NCBI GenBank assembly: GCA_965649765.1
Contig: OZ287751.1
Location: forward strand, 12,090,001-12,154,000
DNA length: 64,000 bases
Source of the DNA: Bispira polyomma
Taxonomy: Eukaryota
Direction of reading: 5' to 3'
The translations under genes were made by a program, and so were the position numbers. Shown piece after piece: positions 14,221 through 28,626 of the stretch. Position 1 is the first letter of the stretch. Each line of letters begins with the position of its first letter. The notes below the pieces were generated by a model. It was not told the DNA's origin and searched no databases. It saw nothing but the letters and a program-made list of their open reading frames with translations.

Positions 14221-17117
14221 AATACCATATGTAACAATATCTTGAATACTAAGTATATAGCACCTTGTCAAGGCTATACATGTACATGCAGGTTTGTTTG
14301 TAACATTTATTGGTGGCAATAAGAAACTCTAAACAACCCACTCCCCTGGTGGATCTGTCTAACTTTTTATGTAGCTGATGGTGTTTGATTTGTTGGGGTT
14401 CTATTTATTTTTCAAACTTTTACCTGCAGTTCCTCTCAGGCATGTGATAAAACACACAATTATCAATGTTCAGTTGCTGTCGGTTACTCATTTTCTTTTA
14501 CAATTTATTTTTAAATTTGTATTTGGATTAACATATATATTTCGTTGTTGTTAGTTATAGTAACTGCTGTTTATCAGTTCTAATTGACCTCTTCAAGCCA
14601 TTAAAAACGACAGGTTTTTTTTTGTGTGTAAATGGTAACATTAGCAGACTTAGCAGGGGGAAAAAGCACTGTTTATGTATACAACTAAAAACTGATCAAC
14701 TACAACAGTGGTTCTTGTGTCTCTATAACTAGGTACAAATGAATAGAAAAAATATTAACAAAATAGACACAAAAAACTCACACACAGGAATCCATGCTTA
14801 AAAGACCTGGCTTTAATTAGCCATTAAGATCAATCTCCCTGTGCTGTCTTAATGAGGGAAGCTATCAAGAACACAATTAAGCAGTGTATAGTTTTCTTTC
14901 ATCTCTCCATAAATCTCTATAAATCATATTTCTAGGTGTTTAAGAACTATACACCTTTGCTTCACACCCCACAAGTGACTACATGCAGCTAGTTAGTTTT
15001 TGTTAATATTCACGTTCATCCACGAGGATTTGCGGTTGGTTTCACCACAATACACTAAGTACATAAAAGTTACTTTTCTTCCTGGTTAGCCTTACTAAGG
15101 CTTATGATAGACGATGTTTCTACTATCTTGAACGTGGGAACCAGTCAGGTAGATAAGGCCCTGGATTGTGAGATTGAAGATGTACAATGTAAAGATTAGG
15201 CAAATGTTAAGTGGTAAATGTAAAGTATTCTCCACAGACATGACTAAACGTTCAAAAGAACTTGATTTGATATTTCAGTGGTTTTCATAACTAAAAAATC
15301 AACCACTAAAGAAGTAAGGTCAGTGTAAACTAGTGGTTTTCAAAACAGTGGACTTTGTGTCATAAAAGGTCCCAGGATCGATCCTTACTACGGGTCTGGA
15401 GATTGCACCCTTGGGCAAGATCCTTTTATGCAAAATTGTCCCTCTTCACCTTTGTGTATAATAAATAGATACCTGGCCGCTAATTGGGTGTTAGTATTTG
15501 TGCTGTTAGAGAGCTGAGGGTTCATAAACACCATTTTATTGAAGCAAAGCAATCAGGCGAAGTCAAAAAAGGATTACAGGTTGACAAGTAAGGTGGACAG
15601 GACATAAACTGTGGTGTTAAATTATAAAAAGCTAGCTGAAACCTCATTGGTAACACTAGCCAGACTGCAAATCTACACAGTTCTATTGACTTCTGGACAT
15701 TGAGGATGCTTGACTAGAGGCATGAGTCTTACTATATATTACAAGGGAGAGAATGGTTCATTTCAATAGCACAGCTACTAACTGTACTTACAGTTGAAGT
15801 ATTGCTTACAAAAAAGGAGAGATTTTCCTGTATAGCATCCGGTTGATTCCATGAGGACAACAGCATCCTATTTCTGATTTGCACAATCAATGGTCAGATT
15901 TTCCAGACTAATAACATACTGTACAAAGTAGACCCCCCCCCCCTCCCCCCCTCCCCACCTCCCGCCCACACAGCTCCAGTACAGTGTACAGTTAGAGGTC
16001 AAAGACTAGCCAAGGTGATCTGGTCCTTTGGGTTATCTTTTCACATGTACCACTACATCCCAGGGTTGGTATTCTCGATAATTTCCTCATACCTAAACTC
16101 ATACTCAAATATAGGCTATGGGAACATATTTGTACATGGAAATAACCTGTATTTGTGACCATTCATTTTGATAGAGCTTTCAACGCTGAATTCAAATATC
16201 AAGTCAGATTTTAGATATGTTTGCTGTATTCAAAGTTATATAGAGAATCGATATTTTCGAGTTGAGTGTGAGTTTGACCTGAGTATAGGTTAGAAAATAT
16301 AGGCCCTGCTACCCAGTACTCAGAGTCTCTCTCATAGTGTATATATGTGTGTGTGTCTGCTCCTCTATAGTTTATCTCTTATCATATCCCAAATGATAAG
16401 CACCCCCCCCCCCCTCCTCCCAATTTTCTTCACTCCTGTTAATATTGTATCTCTGGGAAAACCTACAAGAGCATGGTCAGTATGTTTTCTATCTATCCAT
16501 ATGTATCATCAGACTTGTTACTTATTTTGGTATTATATATATTTGGACATAACTTAAGCTACCTCTGTTCTTTTGTGCCTGTTTTCTGCCTCCAGTCTCC
16601 AGGCCTCTTATGTATAGGTTAGGGTCCCCGAGTGTAATTTAAATTGATTCCTTAAACTCATTCTCAAACGCTTTATACACACTGACACTACACTACAAAA
16701 CAAAATTTATAAATAAGATAATATATAAAGATTACTTAGACTGCTCCTACACAATACTACTAACATTACACAACACAGCTAATCAGAATCTCATAAAAAA
16801 ATACGCCATGTGTATTTTTTTATAGCTTGTCCACAAATAGTTAAAAAAAACTCAATATTGGTGATATATTGTTTTTACGTGGATAATGCCGTGTTGTGTC
16901 GTGTTTAATGTACATATTACACTATCGTGCTGTGTTGTATCTTCCCCCTGTTAAAGCTGTTTAACCATTTTAACTTGTTGATATTTCTATCTTGACAAAC
17001 GTTTTGTTTTTAAATAAGGACAGATGGAAGTGTGTATTTAGTTTCAGTATTCAATTTCAAATACAATATCACAGCCCAGAAGATGCACATTTTCACAACT
17101 ACAAAATTACTGGTGGC

Positions 17118-17385
17118 TTTGATTTTGAATTTGATTTGAATTTGGATATTTAACGTCCACTCTAGTACCTTTTAGTAGGTTATATTGGGACGGGTAGTTG
17201 GAAACGCTGGAGGAAACACTGCATACAGTCGGTCAAGGTTCTGCAGAGAAACCAGTGGCCCACAGTAAGGAACTACCACCTTTCCCACATAGGCATCGAC
17301 AGGATTCGAACTCACGCCGCCCAGAGGTGAGAGACCAGTGATTGTGAAGAGCCATGCTTGCTAACCACTAGGCCACCGCGGCCCC
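17118..17385 (-). mobile_element. SINE family A, full length
   Basis: Reverse complement of 300-550; perfect TSD AAATTACTGGTGGC at 17104-17117 and 17386-17399. Confidence 0.92.
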
Positions 17386-17834
17386 AAATTACTGGTGGCA
17401 AAATACAATGTGTATGTAATATTCCTACAACCCCTAATGTGTGAACATGCTTTGTGTATGTCTCCCCACTGCGTCCTAAAGGCCAGCTAGTCACCAAAGG
17501 AAACATACCTGAGTCTATTTCTCCCTCACCTAGCCTTTCATAGATGGATAGTATTGAAATTAAATGAAATGGGACATTTGTTATAGCGCACAACGTAGTG
17601 TCATTTCAAAAGCGCTTCCTGATGGGCAGCCACTATGGGCACTGAAGCTTGCTTGAGGATGACCATATAATAACGTCCCAAAGGATCTTTAATCTGCCAC
17701 TGGAGGAGAAACTCAGTGACAGAGGATCACTATTTTAAGTGGTCATTTGGGCCACTAGGCAAACTAGTGTTCATATCTTGCCCAAAGATGTTATCCCACC
17801 AAATTAAACTAGCGGTCTGTATTAGGAATAGAAC

Positions 17835-17975
17835 CAGGGAACTTCTGATCAGACTCTCTGTGTAGGTTGACTCAGTTTCTTGTGTAAAACCCACCAACAG
17901 GGCTGGATCTAGAGCTTTCTCAATAGCTGCCCCTATGTTATGGAATAATCTCCCAGTTGAGTTTAGATTCACTAG
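17835..17975 (+). mobile_element. L2 RT C-terminal fragment
   Basis: gggctggatctagagctttctcaatagctgcccctatgttatggaataatctccca encodes the RAFS.AAP.LWN.LP motif. Confidence 0.65.
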
Positions 17976-20900
17976 AAACATTGTCCAGCTATAACCTTGC
18001 TATGTATATCAATATGTAGAACTATGTGGGCGGTGTGTGGTAGTGTGTTCAATTATATAATAGTAAGTTCATTACTATGCAGCAAATGTAGCGCCATGTA
18101 CAAGGCTACAGGTAAAGGTTCACTAGCCCTAACTCTTAAACTCCGCCCACCTCTCGTCAATCATATTCACCTGCATCCACCAGAATGCTAAGTGTGCATT
18201 GGTTATGTATTAAAAACCTCTTCTTTGATCTCTTTCAGGTACGGAAAATATTTTTGTCTGAAAATATTACATATATCTCTCTGTGTACATCAAACTTTGT
18301 AAGTTAAGTTACTTGTGTGTTAAGACTTGATCCCTCATGAACCAACGTATGTGCGACATTATTTATTCAATATGGAAGCTTGAATTAATCCTGACGTTTT
18401 GTCTATGTTTGACCCAACCTTAGGGTTTCGCCAATATCTTAAGATGGCCTATAGCCCCACTTAAGATCCTATATTTGACAGTCTATATTTTTAGATGGAC
18501 TAGCTGCACATACATGCAAATATATTTGCATGCTAGAACTATTCATGGATACATAATAAATTTAAATGTATACCACCACCCCATATTGTGGAATAAACAT
18601 TGAAATCAACCTTTTCATTCAACTGATTGAGGAATACTATAATATCAGGGTAGCTAAAACCTAATATTGTTGAGCCTAGTCAACATTTTTCACATATTGG
18701 TCCCTGGTTTTGAGTGGGAAAACTGGCCATTAATTAGCAGGCCTGGCTAAAAATTGGCAGGGATTCACTAATATATCTTTTACTCTGTTACCATGGGGGG
18801 TCCACTGACTGTCCAGAGACAGTGGGATACTACCCGGTACCTCAAATGCCCATCCCCCCTGGGGAAAGCATAGATATCAGACATAACTACCCCACCCTGG
18901 GGATGCCTAGATACCATACATAACTTGTCAGGGGTAGAAGGTAATACATTATATGGGGATTACAGGAGCAGCCGGGGGTTAGGGAAAGTTTCTGAGTATG
19001 TCAGTTTTAACTCCCGTGGGGGGGGGAGGGGGACAGAAGTGAAAAAGGGTCTTGTCACTTTAATTTGGTCCTATATAACATTCAAAATAATTGTAAATAA
19101 TAACTCAAGGTGTGTTCATACTTCATACCCATTTAATTAGAACTTTAAATAGTGATTTGGCAATAATGCCATTGACTGACATTTCCACTGGAAACATATC
19201 TCAAAGGTAGTTTTTATTCAAGACATTGAAAAAAAGTATCTTCAGTTTATCTCGGCAGTATGTAGCTTTTGTGATTTACTAAAACCCCATTGTGTAAACC
19301 CTTCTTAATTGAAAAAAAATTCTATCCATTAAAGCCAATTTTATATATAAGAAACATTAGCCTTAATAATGACGTCATACACATCTCAAGTTCATTGAAA
19401 ATAGGAGCTCATTATTTTCCTACCACAGATAGAATCACTGCTGAAAGAATCACTTGAGGCTCATTACCATCTAATTCTGTATTCACTTGTCACCTCAGTT
19501 TGTCTGATAGATCAAGAGTGTATATCAAGAGGATATAGATCACAATACAATTACACAGCAAGCCACAGGGTTAATGATTTTCTAATTACCCGCCCCTTGG
19601 CTCACATCTACTATTGTTAGACATTACACAAGATTGCCAAATAAATCTCTGTGATAATATGTGCTCATGTATTTATATGGGCCATTGTTTGGTTGGATAT
19701 CATATAATTCTATACATCTATTATGTATGTTGTAGATCAGACCCAAAAGCCCATTTTAATGATTTAAAAGGGGAAATAAAGCAACCATATTTAAATAATA
19801 CAAGCAAAGCATAACACTCGTGGTGCTATATTATATATTAAGTTGGTCATGTGACTTTTTATCAACCTCCCAGGATTTATATGTATTGTCTGAGTAGGGC
19901 ATGTAGTTTGCCGGTACCAATATGACGTCATTAACTCCACTTAAAAGTTTGAAGAAGGGTTTTACGGACTTTGCACCAAGTTTCACTAAATAGCATACAT
20001 TATTTCTTTATAACATTAATATACTATATATTAATGTTAATTTTGTGTCTTGTTTGTGTCATATTTGCTTGAAAAAGGGCTAATTAAATAAACATTCTTT
20101 CCGCCATTTTGAAAAACGGTTTTGAGCCTCGTTTTGAGTCGCATCAGACGACTTTTAGCAGATGATTGAAAACGTTGTTTTTAAGTTTTATTCTTATATT
20201 TTATCATTCTAATTTACTTAACACAGAATATTTTAACTTGTCCAAATGAGCATTTGGTAGAATGTTATGGTATTCCGACTAAGTGTAAATATCAGACAAA
20301 ATCGCAGCTAAGCATAGGTGTATTACACACTTTTATATATGATATATTAAATGTTACATATTCTTGGCACACAGAAGAACAGTAGGTGACTTGTCAAGTG
20401 CATGTTACAAATGATACCATAGTAGAAATTAATGTCACTCCTCACCCTCTGGTGAAGGATGTATCTAAAAATGATACAACTTAATAAAGTGACTTGATCA
20501 AGTCCAGCCCAGTTGGGGGGAGGATAGGCTTTATCGAGGCGCAAGTTTTACTTTGTAATATTAATGACTCCAGGGACCGCATTCACAGACTTGGCTAAGT
20601 CGGCTATCAGTCACATGGAAACACAAGTATATTCAAATATACACCTACTCCTTATAAATGTCCAAAGAGATCTGTACTTGGCAGTTTAGGAGTAGAGCTT
20701 GTACATCTAGCCAGGACAGATCTTGTAAATTGGAAGAGTATTTACTGTTAAATTAACGTTCAAATTACATAAATATACCTATGCAAATAATACGCCTACC
20801 GCTACACAAATGCCTATGGCCAACAATTTAAAAAAATCATTTTATTTCAATGAAAATAAAATCTTAACTAAACTTTAGTATTTGTGTGTGCATGAGTATA

Positions 20901-22388
20901 TTATGAATTTGTTCCAAGTAAAATCACAATTTTGTAAACTTGACCCTTAAGCAAGGCTAGAAAGGAGGAAAAGGGGGGGGTGAAAAAATTTAACGCCACA
21001 TAAAAATTGTGTATGTATATCGTGATATTTGATCTCATTTACATGACTTGATGCAGTTCACATTTCTTTAATGTCTTTTTTTATCTGGTTCTCCCTGTTG
21101 TGAACTATCTATGTTGATTGAATATACTTTTTACTGACTTTTAATGATTGGTTACGTTTTTAGAATAACAATTAGGGAAACCCCCCTCACCCAAAACAGC
21201 TATAATTCTGTATGTAAATGATCCAACTACTACACGCAGATATAATGATATGCTCAGATGGGGAGATAGATTGATTTTTCATTATACTCGCACCTGGTAA
21301 CATATATACGAAAGTACATAAATTGTAATATGAAAAGGTAGACATATAAATCAAACCAGTCAATTTAGGCTTATGAGAGAGTTTTAGAAACAATGCGAAC
21401 TGTTAATATAGGAAATACGAAATGGTGCTTTAATTACACCAAAACAGAATAGCAATGGATTGTCCAGTATATTCACCTTGTGTAAAGCCCCATGGCCTAG
21501 TGGTTCGAGAATAGATATCTGGTGGGCAGAAGGTCCCTGTTTTGTTTCCCCGACATGGGAGTTCATCTGGTGATCAGGAGGTCTCTGGTTCAACTCCTGG
21601 TTCCATCATTGTGTGATAAACATTCCTAGACAAGATGTGATCATGTTATCGCCTACACGTGACGGGTAGATACTAGGACAATGGTTGGTGGTTGAATCTG
21701 ACGCCTTTTAACTTAAGAAGATGACAGGTATTCAAATCCTCAATGCACTTGCAGCCCACAAAGATATTGTTTTGAAATTGGTTTGTGCATATCACTCTTT
21801 TTCAAGTTTTTGTTCAAAAGCCAAAAAGTGGACTATTCATCAACTGCTCAGTACAGAACTCTGTGTGTAATATTAACACAACTAGAACTCGTATCAATTC
21901 CTTGCTGTAGAGTGCTAAACTAGAGCCTTAGCTAAGGCTACTGGCTGGTCTGAGAAGTCACTTAAATATATATGGATTATATCCGAAAATATGTCTTAAA
22001 ACCAGTTTAGCCGGAGATATTTACTGGATGCCTAAATATGCCCGTGAGAAACTAAACAAACCATCAGCCTTTCTTGTGTTAGTTTTAACTGAAGCTAAGC
22101 TGGTTGTTTGGAAATAAAATAGCTTTCCCCTTCAGGATCTAACTTATAAAGGTGGGGCTGATTATTTCCACTGTAAACTTTGTCTGTTTATTTGTTGCTT
22201 TTGTGGGCTTTTCACTTTCAGGCGAAGCGTGCCTCCTTTCCGTCAGGGTAAAATAGTCTGGCGGAGGCCCAGTTATTAATTGAGTTTAATGCAACATTTC
22301 TCATTTAACAAACTACACAAGTACATGGAATGGTACCAAGCTTTAGAATTTCAGAAACAAATTTAAATATTATAAAATGTGGTGCATG

Positions 22389-23924
22389 TTAATTAAGCGT
22401 CCCTTGAAAAGGGTGCTTATTTGGTTTCACCCCTGGTTTCCTCGCTGCCGCCGCCTGTGCCACCGCCGCCGCCACATGGTCTTCCTTAAATATCTCCTTC
22501 AATATTATCTGCATCAAAATTATTTTTGGCAGTTCTCTTAACCAGGAGTGGGAAATTTTTTTCATATTCTTGGCTTTGAACTTTGGCCTACTTACATGTC
22601 AGGTGACCCTGGGGGTGTAAAAGTGCTTGTCACTAGGTTTTCTTAGAAAATATTCATCATAACTCAATGAAATTTGGTATGTACCTTGGTAAGGCAATTT
22701 TCAGGACGGGAGACGCTGATGAGATTAATCGGATGATAATTGACCGATTGCCAACCAATTGATTTTTATTGAAATGTGAAAAATCGGTACTTTTTTGCTG
22801 TCTCAGAAACTATTGGGATTTCGGCTTTTTCTTGGTATAAGTTATTCATCTACTTTTTGATTTTATGTATGATGTAAAAATCTCACAGTTCTAAGTCCAG
22901 TACTCAATGAGTACTGAGTACTTCAAATGAGTAGTTTGCTCTATTTTGCTCTATCTTGCACTTTTATCAACTTTTCTTTTGAAGTACTTATCATAGTTCA
23001 ATGAAATTTAGCATGCACGTTGCAAATACCAAAGCATAGAAGTCCGTAAATTTTTAGATTAATCTGGTGATAATTGACTGATTGACAGGGTCGATGAATC
23101 ATACAAAATGGGGAAAAAAGTGTGTTGATGGGTGCTTTTCTGAGCGTGTGAGGATTTTTTTTATTTTTAATTTTAGACCAGTACATGCAGCGCGTAACTT
23201 TTAAAGAATAGTCTGAATTTTTATTTATTTTTTACCCCATCCAAAAATATGCGATCGTTACTGAAATAAAACGATTTCAATTTCAAAAATTTCAAAAATT
23301 AAGGTTTTTTTTAAAGTGTCCATTATCTTGGAAATGGTGCTAGATAGAGCGATTTCGAGCTCATTTTCGACCCACAGGTTTGATTTTGCTTATATGTAAA
23401 CTTTCAAAAAATTTCAATTTTGGCGGCCATCTTGAATTTCTGCGCCTTTTTCAAAAATGTTCGTTATCTCGGAAACGGTGCTAGATAGAGCGATTTCCAG
23501 CTTGTTTTCGAGCCACAGGGTTGATTTTGCTTATATGCAAGCTTTCCAAAATATTTTCAATTTTGGCGGCCATCTTGAATTTCTGCGTCTTTTTCGAAAA
23601 TGTCAAATATCTCGGAAACAGTGCTAGATAGAGCGATTTCAAGCTCATTTTCGACCCTCAGGGTTGTTTTTGTTTATATTTATACTTTTGAAGTAATTTT
23701 TGATTTGGGCAACCATCTGCAATTTCTGCGTCTTTTTCGAAAATGTCTGTTATCTCGGAAATGGTGCTATATAGAGCGATTTCGAGCTTATATTTGACCA
23801 AAAGTGCTGATTCTGCTTATATCTCAACTTTTAAACAATATCAAACCTTGTACACTAAACAATTTTATTATTATTTTAACTTTAGGGACGCTTCGTTTTT
23901 GTTATCAAAAACTGTTTTCTAGTT
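22389..23924 (+). mobile_element. Helentron-associated non-autonomous element (HINE / DINE-1-like) with an internal tandem array
   Basis: 5' subTIR AAGCGTCCCT (22395-22404) with adjacent inverted partner, (GCC)n microsatellite, ~143-bp repeats, 3' subTIR AGGGACGCTT (23884-23893), hairpin gtttttg..caaaaac, ends CTAGTT. Confidence 0.8.
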
Positions 23925-24139
23925 GATGCTTTGTGGGCGTTGTTTTCTAGGATTCTAGTACAAAAAGGTCTGGTTTCCATTAACCAATACATCAGGATGT
24001 CACAATATCACCAAATGTCTTGAAAGTGATGTGAAGCCTAAATGAAATTCAAAATTCCTCTTTTCTATGCGCTATATTATTGGAGATATTAACTCTATTT
24101 CAGCTTAAACAGGTTTATTGTATATTGTATGTGTACACT

Positions 24140-24380
24140 TTTAATCAGAGGATCCCAGGGAGTTCAAGGTCCAATTCACGTTGCTGGCTTGTAGATTGCA
24201 CCCTTGGACAATGTGCTTTACACAAACTTGTTCCTGTCTACCCAGGTGTATAAATGAGTACCTTGGGGCTAATGAGCATTAGACTTTGTACGCCATATGT
24301 GATAGCACGGCTAGTATGCTTCCTAGAGGAGATGAGAGTGAACAAATAGTTGACAAGTGGAAGGCTGGGGTGTAAACTTT
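24140..24380 (+). mobile_element. CORE-like SINE family C; other copies at ~10700-10885 (-) and ~15330-15520 (+)
   Basis: ttgcacccttgg.caa...cccaggtgtataaat..gtacc...gctagtatgcttcc...ttgacaagtgg is shared among the three copies; the cccttgggcaag block resembles the CORE domain. Confidence 0.65.
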
Positions 24381-25418
24381 ACATTCTGACTGTACCTAAA
24401 AAAGGTGATATCAGACTATAAACCTACACACAAAAAATGTCCATTGTATGTTGTATGTGTACATTATGATAATATATATTTTTGGTTGGAAGATCTTAAT
24501 GAAAGGGCCACACATAGCACACAGGTCTTCGTGTCAGCACCCGGGGTTCAAATCCTTATCTCACTGACCACAAGTACGTGTGAAATGCATTCTTTGTATT
24601 ATTACTAACAACAAACACACACACATATATACACATCAGACAGAGTGGGTATGACAGATTATTGAGTGATAAAAGACTGCTGAAAGTGGAATCCTACTGA
24701 CTTGTGGAAGTTTTGCTTTTCATCACATCTTACACCCACTAACACACCCACACACACTAACTACTCACTGACATGTTTATTTATTTATATAGCACACAAA
24801 AAAAGTAAACAGTTTATGACACCCAGGTTTCAGTGGCTACTCCACACACCTGGATAGATTACCAGTAGGCTTTCAGCAGACTACTTGTGTATAGAAAAAA
24901 CAGAGGGGTTTATATTGGAACTATAGCCTTTCTATTAAAGTCTAGAACAGCCATCTCAATTCAATATTCAAAATGCTCCACTTGGAATTCCAAATGCAGT
25001 ATTTTGAATTCCGAAAACTGTATTTAGAATTTCAAATACAAATTTAGGATGGAAAATGAAGTATTTTGAATTTGGATGGCGGTTCAAAGCTTTTGTACCT
25101 TTCCAAATCCACGCAGTTATCAGAATACAAAAGTAAAGGGAGGAAGGCCGGAAGTTATTGAATATTAAAGTCCCATCATGGTTTGAAATCCCAGTTTGTT
25201 ATGGTTTTCAAAAACCTTGGACACCCTTAAATTACCCTTAATGACCTTTGAGAACCAAGAACAACACTAAAAAAAGGATCCAGACCAAATCGGTTTTATA
25301 ACAGTCCTACCCCAATGGTTGATTTTTGCGCTAATTCACAATTGTTCCGGTTAACCAGGGTAAAGATCCCAGTTAGAACCCTGGAGGAGGTCTTAAGGGT
25401 GGAGTGACGGTGAAGCTA

Positions 25419-25654
25419 CAGGGGTGGACAGCCTAGCGGACGGGACAGCGATAGGGGAGAGTAACTTAAAACATAAAATTTATTGCATTTAAAAAGCCAT
25501 CTCTAAAAAATAAAGTACTTATAAGACTAATTTACTTAGTGAGACAGACTTTACATTTAAAATCGGCCAGATTACTTGTTAAATGGATTAAATGTGTACA
25601 TTTGAAGTTACTCTCCGCTAAGCTGTCCACTGCCCGCTAAACTGTCCACCCCTG
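25419..25654. mobile_element. Tc1/mariner-like MITE
   Basis: ~50-bp imperfect TIR starting CAGGGGTGGACAG; TA duplicated at 25417-25418 and 25655-25656. Confidence 0.85.
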
Positions 25655-25844
25655 TATATATAGGGGCATAGTTTGCAAGATAGTTTCAGCGAATTAGTAC
25701 AGTGAGGGAGGACTTATGGTATACGATTGTACCACGGGGACGCAGAGTGGTAGAACAGGTGTTGGCAGTAGGACTATGATGGATCACAGATGCCATTCAA
25801 CTGTGGTAGACCTACAGACGTTTTGAACAAATCAAAACCAAATG

Positions 25845-26350
25845 GATGCAGTGGCCAAGTGGTTAAAAACGTCTCTTCTAAAATCACTGACTTCTCAACC
25901 TCTGACGATCAATCCCACAAATTCATTCTTCATGTGAGAACTTTTGTCAGGTACTTGCTGCAGGTCGGTGTGTACAGTGCTTCAGCACTGGTTTCCTCAC
26001 ACCACTAAACTTGGCCATCAGGGCCTCGGTGGCCTAGTGGTTAGCAAGCATTGCGCTATACAATCACTGGTCTCTCACCTCTGGGTGGCATGAGTTCGAA
26101 TCCTGTTGATGCCTATGTGGGAAAGGTGGTAGTTCCTTACTGTGGGCCGCTGGTTTCAGTGCAGAACCTTGATCAACTGTATGCAGTGTTTCCTCCAGTG
26201 TTTCCAACTACCCGTCCCAATATAACCTAAACAGGTACTAGAGTGGACGTTAAATGTCCAAATTAAAAAAAATAAATAAATAAATAAACCTGGCCATCGC
26301 AATATGACCAAAAGCTATTGAAAGCAACGTAAAAACCAAATATATTCAAA
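25845..26350 (+). mobile_element. Older tRNA-SINE family B (host of the nested family A copy). Related decayed copies on - at ~13325-13510, ~31620-31810 and ~44240-44440
   Basis: A-box-like gtggccaagtgg; body ggtttcctc...aatatgacc...ttgaaagcaacgtaaa resumes after the insertion. The other copies share tttcaacaca...gtcatat and cagcaagtcta. Confidence 0.65.
26020..26284 (+). mobile_element. SINE family A nested in an older SINE
   Basis: Same sequence with an (aaat)n tail; TSD taaac(t/c)tggccatc at 26006-26019 and 26285-26298. Confidence 0.9.
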
Positions 26351-28626
26351 AATATTCCTAGTTATAGACTTGGCAAGGCTAGCTTCTAAAATCCACTTAC
26401 AGTTAGATGATGCTTCTGTGTTTATACAAGTGGGTATGCTGTAAGGAACCGGAGCCCATCAAACAAATCCTGGTCTATTTGGTATGCCAGGAAAATAGGG
26501 ACTGGACTAACTGGATGGATAATAAAGAGTGTGTGAGCGATGATATAACATTACATAAAATAGTAGATTAAAATTCTGGCATGCACAAGAGAGAATTTTG
26601 TTTATTTGGGAAATGACGTTGTATCGTGGCATGATGGTAAAAATCTGTCTTCGCGAGTGTGTTCACGTACGCTATAGGTGTTAAAAGGCATGTAATTTGA
26701 ACAATAAATGCATGGTATGTTTAGCAATTTGTGCAGAATTCCTGGCATCTTCTGCATGAACCGAGGCACCCGTGCACGTGCTATGGGAAGTATTTTATTA
26801 TCGCCCATAAATACTTTATTGCATTTTTTTTATCTTGAAAAAGAAACCATATACAATGTATTTCAGCCATTATGTTATAGTCCTTTATATATAGGACTTC
26901 CCCTTCCGTCGTCAAAAGAACAAAAAACCTCACGCCACTATAGAATTAATGGGATCATGTTGCAGACCCTAAATCCTTTGTCACAGAGACACACTTTAGT
27001 AGATAATCAACGGTGTATAGTGTAATCCCCAGTACACAGAATTGAATGAAATATCTTTTATTTTGGTGTCACATGTTAAAATACAATGTCACAGTTCAAT
27101 GGTATTTTAACATATAAATATTAAGAGCCAGCCTGTAATAGGTTTACAAAACACAAGTTAACAACAACTATTTTAAAAATTACGTAAGAGAAAAACATTT
27201 ACTGGGAAGTTTAATAAATCAGTTGCAATTATGAAATAGTTAACTTTGATCCTTGTGTTGTAAACTTTAAAATAATACTTTATTGGTTAAAATCATGCAA
27301 GACAAATAGTGATTTTATTCAAATAAATCTGAAACATTTACTCTATCCGTGTCAAAACGGCCACGCCAAGTAGGCACTGGGGTTGGGTGTTGAAACGGTA
27401 CCCCCTCTAGGGGGTGCCGATTAGAATCGACACCTGGTGTAAAAACGACGCGTAACATAGTTATCCAATCTTGATCTAGTTTGACATATGTTACAATGTA
27501 CCCATCCACACAACACAAGGTAATGAGGGATCACAGAACTAACAGAATTATTTTAAATAAAGCCTTTACAGTTTCCTGTTCTAAACTATTTTTTAAAAAT
27601 TGGTTAAAACGACTACAAACTTTCGGACACTAAGTACTGCATTACCGGTACCGTAATGTGGTTCCCAGAAGTTTAAATAACTATTCTAAAATCCCATATT
27701 TATCTACATGTACTTCTTCTTCTATCAGAGAGACAGATATCTCTGGCTATAAGATAAATGGGGAGCTTTCCTTGTGCAGAAAGATATTTAAGAAAATGTA
27801 TGGCTAGGAAAATGGAAAGCTGATTCAAGCTATAACCAATGCACAGTTTACAATTATCGCTGATATATATGCTCAATTTACTAAGATGGACAAATTTGAA
27901 TATTATTTGTCCAAATTTGTATATTACATGACAGAGAAACACAGCTATTCTCAAAGCTCACACAGTACATAGACTTCGGAGCAGGGTTTCTGTGCAACAT
28001 GGGAAATCATGGTTAAATTGACCTTCATTTTCCTTGAAACAGGGATGCTATATATTTCTGCTCCACCATGTATTTTGGGACCCAGGTTTTGCCACTTTGG
28101 TTATTAATGTGGTACAAAATAAGATTACCAAACTAGTGGGTGTATGTTTTGTATGTGTGTGTGGGAGGGGGTGGGGGGTATGGAATGGGGTGTTGAATAT
28201 GTATGCTTACTGATGCTGTGACTATTTGTCTATAGAAGTAGGATTTATATATGTGTGCCAAAGTACCAAGATGGGTTGGTTGGATTTATTTTTACATCAT
28301 CAAGCATCTGTATCAATTGTTCCAGGCTTTTCGTTAGACTTTGCTAAAGACCCAGTATTCATGTTCATTTCACCGAGTATATAAACTGTAGGGACCTCTA
28401 TTATCTGACAATTCCATTTTGTGAACACACTTTGACTAACTCTCCCAAATGTAAATCATCCAGTTGTTCTATACTAAAAATGAAAATGCTTTTAAACACC
28501 TATTATCCCAATTTTTGATTTTATTGACAACGCTTACTTATTAGTCTAGTATAAGTAATTTCTTACAAATAATGATTGGTATAAATTTCCAGAAGGGGTT
28601 ATTTGTGACATCATACATGTTCTATA

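Noticed and set aside
16061-16308. Possible CAGGG-terminal MITE
   Set aside because: Inverted ends are too degenerate and there is no clear TSD.
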